Below, one piece after another: positions 29,078 through 39,333 of a stretch of 64,000 nucleotides of DNA. The translations under genes and the position numbers were made by a program. Positions within the stretch are counted from its first letter, which is position 1, and each line of letters starts with the position of its first letter. Origin of the DNA: Alphaproteobacteria bacterium (GTDB lineage Bacteria; Pseudomonadota; Alphaproteobacteria; SP197); the NCBI GenBank assembly GCA_964291415.2, contig OZ219920.1:992001-1056000 (forward strand), in the 5' to 3' direction. The notes under the pieces are model-generated. The model ran no database searches. It worked only from the letters and a program-made list of their open reading frames with translations, and was not told the origin of the DNA.

Positions 29078-30873
29078 GCCTCGGCGTTCCGCCACGTGAC
29101 TCCGGCACATGCCATCCCGTCTTCCTCTTCGAGGATCGGTCCGAGTTCGAGCGACGTGGCGTGGCCTGCAAGATCCGGAGCGATGACTGAAAACCGGGAC
29201 AAGAGTCGCGCGAGATCCAGGCGAAAGGCGCACGTGCCTGGAAACCATGTGCCGTAGACCCGATCGATGAGTGTGCCGGCGGTCCCGGCGTCACATCCTG
29301 GCAGAGCCCATGCCTCCTGATCCGATCCGCCCTGGCGCACGCCCACCAGAGGACCGAAAGTGGGATCGATCATCATGAGAAGTGTCGGCATCACGCTTGC
29401 ACGGCTCTCTCCTGTCGATCGTGCAAGACCGAGCGCGGCAGGCAATCCGTCGTCCAGGGCCGGAGTGGGGGAGAAGGCCACCGGCGGCGGTGGCAGCTTG
29501 CGGTTCCGCCAGGAAAGCGCGTGCCTGATGGCAAGGAGGGACTCTCTTGTGCCGCAGAGGACGACAATGCCGTGGCGGCTCATCTCCTGGCCAGCCGTCA
29601 TCAGACCCGACATCGGTGTGTTGAGGATGGCCGAGACAGGCTTGCCGGTCCGGCCGGACGCCGCAACAAGCGCCTTCGCATAGCCGCGCTCGACAGTCGG
29701 ATTCCACTGAAAATCGCCACAAAAGGTGACCATGGAGACACCGGGGTCATGCGCCATGGCAACAAAGTAGGCCTCGAAGTCATCCTCGTAGTTGTGGGCG
29801 GTGCCCCAGGCATCAAGGGGATTGACGGGCTCCAGGGCGTGGTGGAGGTGAGGGCGGATGCGCGCCTCCGTCTCTCCGGTGATCACGGCCAGGGGAACGC
29901 CGGTATCGTCCGCAAGATCGGTGAACATCTCCCTTTCGCCCCCCGAATCGAGAACGACACCGAGTCCGCCCGGAGCGAGCTGGCGTTCGTGGGAGAGCAG
30001 GGCGAGAAGATTCGCCATTTCATCCATGCTGCCGACGCGCATGACGCCGTAGTGATCAAAGACGGCCTGGTAGGCATTGTCGTTGCCGGTATCGGCATCG
30101 GAATGGACGCGCGCGAATTCGGCGGCGAGCCGGGTCCGGCCGACCTTCATGACCACCACCGGGATGTCTTGCCTGCGCGCTTTCTCCAGGACCGCCGTGA
30201 AGGCCCCGGGATCCCGCGCTTCCTCCATGAAGAGCGCAATGACTGCTGTCGAGTCCATGTCCAGCGCATAGTCCATGTAGTCGGCCATGGTGCCGTTGAT
30301 CTCCTGGCCGCACGAGACGATCAGATTGCACGCATAGCGAAAGTCGTTGTTGCCGATTTCGCTGAACACGGTTCCCGAATGGGTGATGAAGGCGACATTG
30401 CCGCCGTCACGCAGCTTGGATGAGGCGTCGAAGATGGTGACCGGCAGGCGCCGCGCGAGATTGATGAACCCCATGCCGTTGCCGCCACAGACCGGAAGAC
30501 AGGCTGCTCTTGCCTTTGTCTTCAGGCGGTTGAGGAGACCTCTGTCGCTCTCGCCGTCGAGATAGCAGGTATCGAAGATGACGGCCCCGCCGGCGTCAAT
30601 GGCAATGGCGTCGTCGAGTTGTTCTTCAAGGCGGGTGCTGTTGACGCCGAGCATGGCAAGGTCGACCGGTTGCGAAAGATCCCTCAGAGTCTCGTGGCAG
30701 GGGAGACCGGAGATGCTCCGGTAGCGCGGATTGACCGGGAAGATGGCGCCATCGAAACCGGCGTTGATGAGACCGTGTATCATGCCGTGACCGGCACTGC
30801 CTTCCCGTTGCGAGGCGCCGACGACGGCAATGGAACGGGGATTGAGCATGCGGTCGAGACGATGGCCCGTCAT
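29074..30873 (-). CDS. Acetate-CoA ligase family (NDP-forming acyl-CoA synthetase) with reduced ATP-grasp domain
   Basis: PRSIAVVGAS, FPVNP, GGNGMG, THSG, NPLD, DPTFGP. Confidence 0.85.
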   Translation of the reverse strand: MTGHRLDRMLNPRSIAVVGASQREGSAGHGMIHGLINAGFDGAIFPVNPRYRSISGLPCHETLRDLSQPVDLAMLGVNSTRLEEQLDDAIAIDAGGAVIFDTCYLDGESDRGLLNRLKTKARAACLPVCGGNGMGFINLARRLPVTIFDASSKLRDGGNVAFITHSGTVFSEIGNNDFRYACNLIVSCGQEINGTMADYMDYALDMDSTAVIALFMEEARDPGAFTAVLEKARRQDIPVVVMKVGRTRLAAEFARVHSDADTGNDNAYQAVFDHYGVMRVGSMDEMANLLALLSHERQLAPGGLGVVLDSGGEREMFTDLADDTGVPLAVITGETEARIRPHLHHALEPVNPLDAWGTAHNYEDDFEAYFVAMAHDPGVSMVTFCGDFQWNPTVERGYAKALVAASGRTGKPVSAILNTPMSGLMTAGQEMSRHGIVVLCGTRESLLAIRHALSWRNRKLPPPPVAFSPTPALDDGLPAALGLARSTGESRASVMPTLLMMIDPTFGPLVGVRQGGSDQEAWALPGCDAGTAGTLIDRVYGTWFPGTCAFRLDLARLLSRFSVIAPDLAGHATSLELGPILEEEDGMACAGVTWRNAEA

Positions 30874-30968
30874 GTGTCGGTCACTCCCAGAACTCGGGAA
30901 GGTCTTGCGCCACCACGGCGCCCGGCCGCAGTGTAGCGGTGGTCGTTCCGTCCGGTAAGGAGGTCTGC

Positions 30969-33287
30969 ATGGTCTACCCGATGTCCGCGAAGGCCCGTCA
31001 GTGGCAACGGGCCATGCGCTCGCTTGTCGAGGGCGAGCTCATGCCGCGGGAGGTCGAGGCCGAGATGAACGAAGGCTTCATCGCCGATGAGGCCCATGAT
31101 GCCATCTTCCGGACAACAGAGGAGATGGGCCTCCTCTATCCTTCCCTTCCGGACGAGAGTGGCGGCCGGCACCTGCCGTATTTCGAGATTGCCGTCATCC
31201 AGGAAGCGCTGGGCAGGGCGACCAACGGCCTGTGGGGCTGCTATCACGACCTGTCGCCATTTCTCTGGCACACGGCGAACCCCTGGCAGATGGAGACGTT
31301 CATCCGGCCGCTGATCGAAGGACGCAGACGGGTCGCCTATGCCATTACCGAACCCGGGACCGGCAGTGATGTTGACGCCATCGAGGCAACGGCACGGCGC
31401 GACGGCAACGGCTGGCTTCTCAACGGCACCAAGATGCATGTCACCGGAGCCAATCTCTCCGACTGGATCATCTTCCAGGCAAAGCTCGAGGATGGCCGCC
31501 ACGCTCTCTTCTGGGTGGAGAAGGAAGCGCCCGGTGTCACCGTCCTGCGCACGCCGCACTACATGCATCACTACCGTGGTCATCACCTGGAGATGGAGTT
31601 CCGCGACGTCCATGTGCCCGCGGACAATCTCATCGACGAAAAGGGTGGAGGTCTTCAGTGGACTTACGCCTGGTTTCGCCAGGAACGCATGAAGATTGCG
31701 GCGCGCTGCTGCGGCGCCGCCAGCCGTCTCATCGACGAAGCACTGGACTTTGCCAGGAACCGCGTTCAGTTCGGCCGGCCGATCTGGGAAAACCAGGCTG
31801 TCCAGTTTCCCCTTGCCGACAGTCTGACCGAATTGTGGGCCGGGAGACTCATGACTTATGACGTGGCTCAGGCGATGGATCGGGAAGACGACGTCAAGGT
31901 TCTCCACGGCAAGTGCGCCATGGCCAAGCTCTTCTGTTCGGAGTTCGCCCACCGGACAGCCGACCGGGCCGTGCAGATCTTCGGTGGGCGCGGATACATG
32001 CGCGAGAACGTTGCCGAAAGATTCTACCGGGAACTCAGGGTCGACCGCATCTGGGAAGGAACCAGCGAAATCCAGCGGGTGATCATCGCCGACGGCCTGG
32101 TGAAGCGGGGTCAGGAGGCTCTCACCGGCGCTGGTGAATCGGACGAGGCCCTGGTCTGGCGCCGGAGATTGCGCCCCTTCATCGATACGGAGCGCCTGCC
32201 ACTGGAGCAGGTTGCCGAAGCGAATGGCGGACAGATTCCCGAGGACATCAGGGAGCGTCATCTCCAGGCCGCCCGGGACATGGGCCTGTGGCTGCCCCAG
32301 GTGCCGAAGGAGGCGGGCGGTGGCGGGTTCTCTGCCGGAGCCATGGCCGGTGTCTGGGAAGAAGTCGGACGGGCAACCAACGGCGTCGGATTCTTCTTCC
32401 ACGATGTCTCCCCATTTCTCGTGCGCACCGCGACGCCGGCGCAGAGGGAAGCCTGGGTTCAGCCACTTCTCGATGGTGCCACGAGCGAGTGCTACGCCAT
32501 TACCGAAGAAAGCGCCGGCAGCGATGTCGATGCCATCGAGACGTCGGCGATACGCTCGGGCAACGGCTGGGTGCTGAACGGAACCAAGTGGCATGTCACC
32601 GGATTCAACCGGGCCGGTATCGTCATCGTTCAGGCACGCCTCGAGGATGGTGCCCACGGGCTCTTCTATGTCGACAGTGACGCCGCGGGTGTCGATGTCG
32701 TGCGCACACCCGCCTACAGCCACACCTACCCCTCCCATCATCCGGTCGTGCGGTTCGATTCGGTCAAGGTGACGGCCGACGCACTCATCGACCCGCAAGG
32801 CGACGGCCGCACCTGGACCTACGAGTGGTTTCGCCAGGAACGACTCGGCATTGCGGCGCGCTGTTGCGGCGCCGCCAGCCGTCTCATCGACGAAGCACTC
32901 GCCTTTGCGCAGGACCGCATCCAGTTCGGCCGGCCGATCATGGCGAATCAGGCGATTTCGTTCATGCTCGCCGACAGTCTCGTGGAACTGTGGGCCGGAC
33001 GCCTGATGGTCCATCGCCTCGCCGCGGCCATCGATGGCGGCGAGGACGTCAAGGTTCAGCACGCCTTGTGCTCCATGGCCAAGCTCTACTGTTCGGAAAT
33101 GGCCAATCGGGTCGCCGACCGTGCAGTGCAGATTTTCGGCGGTCGCGGCTACATGCGCGAATACGCGGCAGAGAGGTTCTTTCGGGAACTCAGGGTGGAG
33201 AGGATATGGGAAGGGACCAGTGAGATTCAGCGCATGATCATCGCCCACAGTCTGGCCAAGCGTGGCCAGGATGTTCTGATCGGTTGA
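30969..33287 (+). CDS. Tandem (double) acyl-CoA dehydrogenase fusion
   Basis: Two complete ACAD units, each with YAITE..GSD, LNGTK, R.QFGRPI, QIFGGRGY, RIWEGTSEIQR. Confidence 0.92.
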   Translation: MVYPMSAKARQWQRAMRSLVEGELMPREVEAEMNEGFIADEAHDAIFRTTEEMGLLYPSLPDESGGRHLPYFEIAVIQEALGRATNGLWGCYHDLSPFLWHTANPWQMETFIRPLIEGRRRVAYAITEPGTGSDVDAIEATARRDGNGWLLNGTKMHVTGANLSDWIIFQAKLEDGRHALFWVEKEAPGVTVLRTPHYMHHYRGHHLEMEFRDVHVPADNLIDEKGGGLQWTYAWFRQERMKIAARCCGAASRLIDEALDFARNRVQFGRPIWENQAVQFPLADSLTELWAGRLMTYDVAQAMDREDDVKVLHGKCAMAKLFCSEFAHRTADRAVQIFGGRGYMRENVAERFYRELRVDRIWEGTSEIQRVIIADGLVKRGQEALTGAGESDEALVWRRRLRPFIDTERLPLEQVAEANGGQIPEDIRERHLQAARDMGLWLPQVPKEAGGGGFSAGAMAGVWEEVGRATNGVGFFFHDVSPFLVRTATPAQREAWVQPLLDGATSECYAITEESAGSDVDAIETSAIRSGNGWVLNGTKWHVTGFNRAGIVIVQARLEDGAHGLFYVDSDAAGVDVVRTPAYSHTYPSHHPVVRFDSVKVTADALIDPQGDGRTWTYEWFRQERLGIAARCCGAASRLIDEALAFAQDRIQFGRPIMANQAISFMLADSLVELWAGRLMVHRLAAAIDGGEDVKVQHALCSMAKLYCSEMANRVADRAVQIFGGRGYMREYAAERFFRELRVERIWEGTSEIQRMIIAHSLAKRGQDVLIG

Positions 33288-34039
33288 CCGCGTTGATCGA
33301 TCTTCCACCCGTCATCGGTCATCGCGGAGTGGCGGCAAGGGCGCCGGAAAACACCCTGGGGGGACTGGCGCGTGCCGCGGAGGAAGGCCTCGAGTGGGTA
33401 GAATTCGATGTCCGTCTTGCCGGCGATGATGTCCCGGTGGTGCTGCACGATCGCAGCCTTCTGCGCACCACCGGTGTCGACCGGTTGATCGACGAGGTGC
33501 GCAGCACGGAACTTGGCGCCCTTGACGCCGGAGGCTGGTTTGATCCGGTGTGGTCCGCAGAGCGGGTGCCGACCCTGGTCCAGGCGCTTGACGCCTGCAT
33601 CGTCCTGGGCCTCACCCCCAATGTGGAGATCAAGGCTGACGGCGGCGGCCTCATGACTCTGGCACGGCGCGTGACGCGTATCATCCGCAGCCGGTGGCCT
33701 GCCGGACGGCAGCGCCCCCTGGTGTCAAGCTTCAGCCTCACGGTTCTCTATCACGCCCGCCTTGCCGGGTATCGCTGGCCACTCGCCCTGGTGATGGGGC
33801 ACCGGCCGCGCCGTCTTTGGTCCTGGCATGCGGCTCGTCTCAAGTGCGCCAGCATTCACGTTGATCGGTCCCTGGCCACCCCGGAACTCATCTCCCGTGT
33901 CCATCGCGCAGGCCGGCGCGTTGCCGTCTACACGGTCAACTGCGCCGACGAAGCGCAGGCGCTCATGAATTCAGGTGTCGATTCGATCGTCAGTGACACC
34001 CCCGATTTCCACCGGATCAGCAGGGAGACAGAGTCATGA
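33284..34039 (+). CDS. ugpQ: Glycerophosphodiester phosphodiesterase
   Basis: IGHRG..PENT, VEFDV, LHD, NVEIK, YTVN. Confidence 0.88.
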   Translation: MTALIDLPPVIGHRGVAARAPENTLGGLARAAEEGLEWVEFDVRLAGDDVPVVLHDRSLLRTTGVDRLIDEVRSTELGALDAGGWFDPVWSAERVPTLVQALDACIVLGLTPNVEIKADGGGLMTLARRVTRIIRSRWPAGRQRPLVSSFSLTVLYHARLAGYRWPLALVMGHRPRRLWSWHAARLKCASIHVDRSLATPELISRVHRAGRRVAVYTVNCADEAQALMNSGVDSIVSDTPDFHRISRETES

Positions 34040-35361
34040 ACGAGACCTTCGATCTTGTCGTCAGCGGCGGCGAGGTGATGACCCCGGCCGGACGGCGCCG
34101 GGCGGATGTGGCCATCACCGATGGCCGGATTGCGGCCATCGGCGACGTGCCCTCGACTGCGGCCGGCGCTTCGCTCGATGCGCGCGGGCTCATGGTCCTT
34201 CCCGGGATTATCGATACCCAGGTGCACTTCCGTGAACCCGGACACGAGGAGAAGGAGGATCTCGCGAACGGGTCTCGTTCAGCCGTTGCCGGTGGCGTGG
34301 TCGCCGTCTTCGAAATGCCGAACACCAATCCGCCGACGACCACGCCCGCGGCCCTGCAGGACAAGCTCGAGCGAGCCCGCGGCATGTGGTGCGATCACGC
34401 GTTCTTTGCCGGCGCCAGCGATGACAATCATGACGTACTGGCCGAGCTTGAACTGCATCCCGGTTGTTGCGGCGTCAAGATCTTCATGGGGAGCTCGACA
34501 GGCAGCTTGCTGGTTGCCGACGACGCGGCACTCGCATCCGTCCTGCGATCCGGCCGACGGCGCGTCGCCATACACGCCGAGGACGAGTTTCGCCTTGCCG
34601 AACGCCGACACCTGGCGGTCGAGGAGGGACATCCAAGGGCGCACCCCGTCTGGCGGGATGTCGAGACGGCCCTGAGAGCCACGCGGCGCATCGTGACCCT
34701 GGCCCGCGACGCGGCGCGGCCGATCCATGTTCTCCACGTGACGACTGGCGACGAGATTGCCTTTCTGGGCAGCGCCAGGGATATCGCAACCGTTGAACTG
34801 TTGCCGCAGCACCTCACCCTCGCAGCGCCGGAATGCTACGAGCGCCTGGGCGGCTTTGCCCAGGTCAATCCGCCGATTCGCGATTCACGCCACAGGGATG
34901 CTCTCTGGCACGGGATCGACCAGGGGATCGTCGATGTGGTGGGATCGGATCACGCGCCGCATACGGCCGAGGAAAAGCAGCGGCCCTATCCGGAGACGCC
35001 GGGTGGCATGCCGGGTGTGGAGACGATGCTGCCGATCCTGCTGAACCATGTCGCCGAGGGTCGCCTGACGCTCGAGCGTCTCGTTGACCTGCTGTGCTAC
35101 GGACCCCAGAGAATCTACAATATCCGCGGAAAGGGTCGCATCGCCGTCGGCTACGACGGGGATCTCACGCTGGTCGATCTGCAGGAGAAGCGCACGATCA
35201 GCCATTCCGAGCAGCATGCCAAGTGCGGCTGGACCGCCTACGAGGGCATGACGGTCACCGGCTGGCCGCGCGCCACCGTGATCCGCGGGCACGTGGCCAT
35301 GCGCGACGGCGAGATCAGTGACACGCCCACAGGCCAGCCTGTCCGCTTCTGGGATACCTGA
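34036..35361 (+). CDS. pyrC: Dihydroorotase (long/multifunctional type)
   Basis: PGIIDTQVHFREPG, EMPNT, KIFMGSS, HAED, NPPIR, GSDHAPH. Confidence 0.92.
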   Translation: MNETFDLVVSGGEVMTPAGRRRADVAITDGRIAAIGDVPSTAAGASLDARGLMVLPGIIDTQVHFREPGHEEKEDLANGSRSAVAGGVVAVFEMPNTNPPTTTPAALQDKLERARGMWCDHAFFAGASDDNHDVLAELELHPGCCGVKIFMGSSTGSLLVADDAALASVLRSGRRRVAIHAEDEFRLAERRHLAVEEGHPRAHPVWRDVETALRATRRIVTLARDAARPIHVLHVTTGDEIAFLGSARDIATVELLPQHLTLAAPECYERLGGFAQVNPPIRDSRHRDALWHGIDQGIVDVVGSDHAPHTAEEKQRPYPETPGGMPGVETMLPILLNHVAEGRLTLERLVDLLCYGPQRIYNIRGKGRIAVGYDGDLTLVDLQEKRTISHSEQHAKCGWTAYEGMTVTGWPRATVIRGHVAMRDGEISDTPTGQPVRFWDT

Positions 35362-35463
35362 TACATGGGCCATGCGCGGCGCGTGGTCCCAGCCATGGTG
35401 ACCGGGCGACTGCAAGACCTGGCCGCCTGTTCGGAGCATTGGGACTCTCGAGTAAAACACCCT

Positions 35464-35690
35464 TCAGGCGGCTGTGACTGCGCCACTTGTTGTTGGTTGG
35501 CTTTTGTCGATGGCCACCACGGCGAAGCCCGGTTGCCCGGCGCGTCGGGTGAGTGACGTCATGGTACGGTAGGTGCGGTTGCGTTCGACATGTTCTGTGC
35601 ACTGGGTGACCATCACGTAGACCAGGCACGCCAGTTCACGGGCCGTGGTTCTCGAGGCGTGCGAGACGCGAGCGATGTCTGGCGCCGATG
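35464..35690 (-). mobile_element. IS110-family transposase C-terminal remnant
   Basis: Frameshifted reading IGARHRSRLARL / TTARELACLVYVMVTQCTEHVER..LTRRAGQPGFAVV resembles the IS110 C-terminus (A.ARKLA...Y.M...EY). Confidence 0.55.
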
Positions 35691-35703
35691 ACGGCCACCT
35701 TGT

Positions 35704-37263
35704 TCATCGTTGCTCACCCAGGTCGGCCAGGCGCGTCCACAACGGCGCCAACGCCTGGCGGGTCTCGACATAGAGCGGAAAGAGGTCCGCATAAGTCGAT
35801 GCCAGGGCCGGGTCAGGTCTCACCAGTTCGCCGCGATAGGGCGCCACCCAGTCGGCGGCGCAGGCCGCCATGTCAGGGTAGAGGCACTGTTGGACCGCCG
35901 CGATCATGGCTGCGCCCGATGCTCCTGCCTCGTCGCGTTCGAAGGTGCGCAGCGGGCGATCGAGAACGGCCGCCAGGATAGTGCGCAATGCGTCGGAACG
36001 GGCGGCGCCTCCGGCCAGGCGCACCTCCTCGGGGATCTCGCCCATGGCGCTGAAGCAATCCCGCGCGGCCATTGCCAACCCCTCGAGAACCGCCCGTGCC
36101 AGTTCGGCCAGCCCGGTGCTGGAATCGAGCCCAGTGAAGCTGGCCCGCGCCTGTGGCGCAAGAAACGGACCGCGTTCGCCGGCTGCGGAGATGTAGGGAT
36201 GATAGAGGATGCGCCCGGCGCTGGACGTGCGTGTCAGACGGTCGATTGCCGGCACGAGTTCACGACGCTCCCGCGTTATTCCAGCCTCCGACAGGACTTC
36301 CCGCATGACATCGAGCAGCCAGTCGATATTGAGAGTCGCGGAGAGGTTCGAATGCATCTGTGTCCAGGTACCGGGCACCGGAAAGCAAATCGTGTATCCG
36401 TCTCCATTGGCTCCCAGCCTGACCTCATCGACCTTCGAAGCATACTTCAGGTGCACTCCGGTCGAACCGATCACCGACAGCCCGGCGCGGACCGTCGGAT
36501 CAAAGAGTCCTCCTCCCAATGCGGTGCAGATCACGTCGACGTAGCCGAGAACCACGGGCAGGCCCTTGGGAAGATTGACTTGCGTAGCAGCGGCTGCCGT
36601 CAGCGGATGCGATGTCACGGTTCCATCGACGATCGGCGGCAACAGTCCGGCGTAACGGTTCAGTCCGAAGATTCGAAGAGGGAGATCATGATAGCGGCGT
36701 GTGCGGAAGTCGCCAAATGTCCAGACTCCCTCCGAAGGATCGGTCACGCGTTCGCCTGTCAGCTTGAAGTAGAGCCAGTCCTTGCAGTGAAAGGCGGTCG
36801 TGGCCCGGGCAAGCGCTTGCGGGGAATGGCGTGCCAGCCATGCCAGCTGACTGGACTGCTGGCACGGTGCTGCACCGGTGCCTGTCGTCTCATAGAATCG
36901 ACCGTACTCGGAGTGTTCGCGAACCCGGCGTGTTTCGTCTGCGGCCCTGCTGTCAAGCCACAGCAGGGCAGGCATGACAGGCTCGCCGTCGGCATCGATG
37001 AGCCATGTTCCGTCACCCTGGCCCGTGATCGCCAGGGCACAGGCACGATCATGGATTTCCGGCATCCCGTCTACGAGTTCAACAAGTGTGGCTGCGGCCT
37101 CCCGCCACGTCATCGCCACGTCCTGTTCGGCCCTGCCTCCTGCGCTTGTCGCATAGGAATTCGGCCGGGCTGCCATCGCCAGTTGTTCACCGTTGCGATT
37201 GAATGCGACGGCCTTGATGAGGGAGGTCCCGGCATCGATGCCAATGATGACGTCCTTCCTCAT
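35704..37263 (-). CDS. eryA: FGGY carbohydrate kinase, erythritol kinase EryA-like
   Basis: IGIDAGTS, TGQGDGTWL, HCKDWLY, TDPSE, IGSTGVH, YHPYISAAGERGPF. Confidence 0.85.
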   Translation of the reverse strand: MRKDVIIGIDAGTSLIKAVAFNRNGEQLAMAARPNSYATSAGGRAEQDVAMTWREAAATLVELVDGMPEIHDRACALAITGQGDGTWLIDADGEPVMPALLWLDSRAADETRRVREHSEYGRFYETTGTGAAPCQQSSQLAWLARHSPQALARATTAFHCKDWLYFKLTGERVTDPSEGVWTFGDFRTRRYHDLPLRIFGLNRYAGLLPPIVDGTVTSHPLTAAAATQVNLPKGLPVVLGYVDVICTALGGGLFDPTVRAGLSVIGSTGVHLKYASKVDEVRLGANGDGYTICFPVPGTWTQMHSNLSATLNIDWLLDVMREVLSEAGITRERRELVPAIDRLTRTSSAGRILYHPYISAAGERGPFLAPQARASFTGLDSSTGLAELARAVLEGLAMAARDCFSAMGEIPEEVRLAGGAARSDALRTILAAVLDRPLRTFERDEAGASGAAMIAAVQQCLYPDMAACAADWVAPYRGELVRPDPALASTYADLFPLYVETRQALAPLWTRLADLGEQR

Positions 37264-38190
37264 GCGAGTTCTCCGCCGTGCGAGACGGCCGCTCCGCTCA
37301 GGGAATCGAAGACGTGGAGATCCTTCGCCTCGACATCAGCCTCCGCCAGGTTCATCGGCGGCTCACCGATGAAGGCGCCGACACATCGATTCGCCGGCGG
37401 GTCGCGCAGGGTCTCAGGGCTTCCCAACTGCTCGAGCACACCGTCTTCCATCACCGCGGCCCGATCCGCCAGCGCATTGGCTTCCGCCTGGCCGTGGGTG
37501 ACGAGAATGACTGTCAGTTCCCGTTCCTTGATGTGGCCGCGGAGCATCGCCCGCAACTGTGGCTCCAGTTGTCCCTTGGGTTCGTTGAGCAGGGAGAGGC
37601 CGGCGTCCCGCACCAGGGATCGCGCCAGCCCGGGGCGCTGCTGCTGACCGTCAGAGAGCGCCGCTGGCCGCCTCTCGAGAATGTCATCGATTTCAGGAAG
37701 TTCGGCGATGGACTTCACCCTGGCACTGGCGCCGTCTGGATCACGTCCTCGCGCCTTGAGCGCGAAGGCAATGTTCTCCCGTACGGTTGCTGGCGGGTGG
37801 AGAGAGTATCCCTCGAAAGCCATGGCGACATTGCGCCGCGCCGGCGGTTCATTCTGGATGGCACGGCCGGAGAGCGTGATCGTTCCGTTCGAGAGAACCT
37901 CACAACCTGCGATCATGCGCAGCGTCGAGGTCTTGCGGCAGCCCGAGGAACCGGGCAGGGCGTCGACTTCACCCTTGTAGAGCTGCATGTTCATCGCACG
38001 CACCGCATGAACCGGTCGGGAGCTGCGCGGATTGCAGATCCTGTCGACGCGGTCGAATGGATGCGAATCCGCGGGCGAAAGACGCCTGCCGTCGCTGGCG
38101 CTGAACACGAGGATGATGCGGGCGTCGACCGCAAGATTCACTCGTTGTCCGGGTTGCGGCACCGGTTCGTGGGACGGGCGCGACACCAGC
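37260..38190 (-). pseudogene. Degenerate sugar ABC transporter ATPase(s)
   Basis: Walker A GCRKT, signature LSDGQ, Walker B LLNEP, H-loop VTHGQ all mutated; C-terminal domain largely deleted; upstream part resembles the tail of a second ATPase. Confidence 0.8.
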
Positions 38191-38219
38191 GAACAGCCCG
38201 AAGTCGGCATTGGACAACC

Positions 38220-39212
38220 CTAGATCCTGGTAACAAGGGGTGAGTGGCAAGAGTACGAGCAGAGGTGGCGCCCGGTCACCTCGTCGGTAATCAGTCCATC
38301 GAGCAACCCGCTCTTCAGCACGGCATGAATCGCCTCGATCTTGCCGGCGCCGCCGGCGATGGCGACCACCCGGCGATGTCTCAACTCGGCGATACCCGGA
38401 GACATCGCGCGTCCGTTGAGCGCCGAGGCCACAGGCCGGCCGTCGCCGTCAAGGTAATGACCGAGAATCTCGCCCGCCGCCCCTCCGGTGCGCACGCTGT
38501 CGATTTCATCCTTGCTCACCATTCCCGTCTCCGAGAGATGCGCGTGACTGTCGACGCCGCCGATTCCGACGAGCAGCAACGTCGCCGACCGGCCCATGGC
38601 AAAGACTTCGGAGATACCCGCCTGGGCCAGGAGGATCGTCTTGTCAGCCTCCGACTTGGCAAAGAGAGGCACCGGCAGCATGTAGGCTTCCGCACCGGTC
38701 TTCTCGGCGAGTCCGTGGATGACGTCATAGGGATTGGCCGCGTACTTGCGGGTCAGGCCACCGATGAGCGACACGAACGACATGTCGGGCCGATGCATGG
38801 TCGGAAGAGCGCCGACCACGGACGAGAGAGTGCGACCCTGGCCGACGCCGATGCAGCGGTGCAGACGACGCTCGAGAATGTCGCGAAGGAAGTTGGCGCC
38901 GGTAAGGCCCAGCGTTCGAAGAGGCAGGTTCCCCTCGCCGAGATCCGGCGCCACGCGGCAGAGTGTGAGCCCATGTTGGCGGGTCAGCTCTTCCTCGAGT
39001 TCCACGCACTCGAAGACATCTGCGTCGACAAAGATGCGTACCAGGCCCTCGCGGGTCGCGCGGGCAATGAGGCGGTGCGCCTTTGTTGACGGCACTCCAA
39101 GCCTCTTCGCCACCTCACCTTGAGTCATGTGTCCGCAGAAATAGAGCCACGCTGCGCGGGCCGAGAGACTCGCTTCATGGTCGAGAGCGCGCGTTCTGGT
39201 GGCCGCAATCAA
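38220..39212 (-). CDS. SorC/DeoR sugar-binding transcriptional regulator (EryD-like)
   Basis: AAWLYF..MTQGEVAKRLG HTH, GVGQGRT, VGIG, AGGAGK, LITD. Confidence 0.92.
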   Translation of the reverse strand: MIAATRTRALDHEASLSARAAWLYFCGHMTQGEVAKRLGVPSTKAHRLIARATREGLVRIFVDADVFECVELEEELTRQHGLTLCRVAPDLGEGNLPLRTLGLTGANFLRDILERRLHRCIGVGQGRTLSSVVGALPTMHRPDMSFVSLIGGLTRKYAANPYDVIHGLAEKTGAEAYMLPVPLFAKSEADKTILLAQAGISEVFAMGRSATLLLVGIGGVDSHAHLSETGMVSKDEIDSVRTGGAAGEILGHYLDGDGRPVASALNGRAMSPGIAELRHRRVVAIAGGAGKIEAIHAVLKSGLLDGLITDEVTGRHLCSYSCHSPLVTRI

Positions 39213-39229
39213 CGTTCCCTCTTCCCTAC

Positions 39230-39283
39230 AGTGAGAATTTTTGCAACAGTTGCGATTATTTTCACTCTGATGACATCATGTCA
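39230..39283. promoter_or_regulatory. AT-rich divergent promoter with two palindromes (candidate operators)
   Basis: 37-bp imperfect inverted repeat AGTGAGAATTTTTGCAAC-A-GTTGCGATTATTTTCACT (14/18 pairs) and perfect TGACAT-C-ATGTCA. Confidence 0.55.
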
Positions 39284-39333
39284 AGTTGATGGTGAATCCT
39301 GACCGGACACTGATCCCCGAGGAGACGCGAGAG

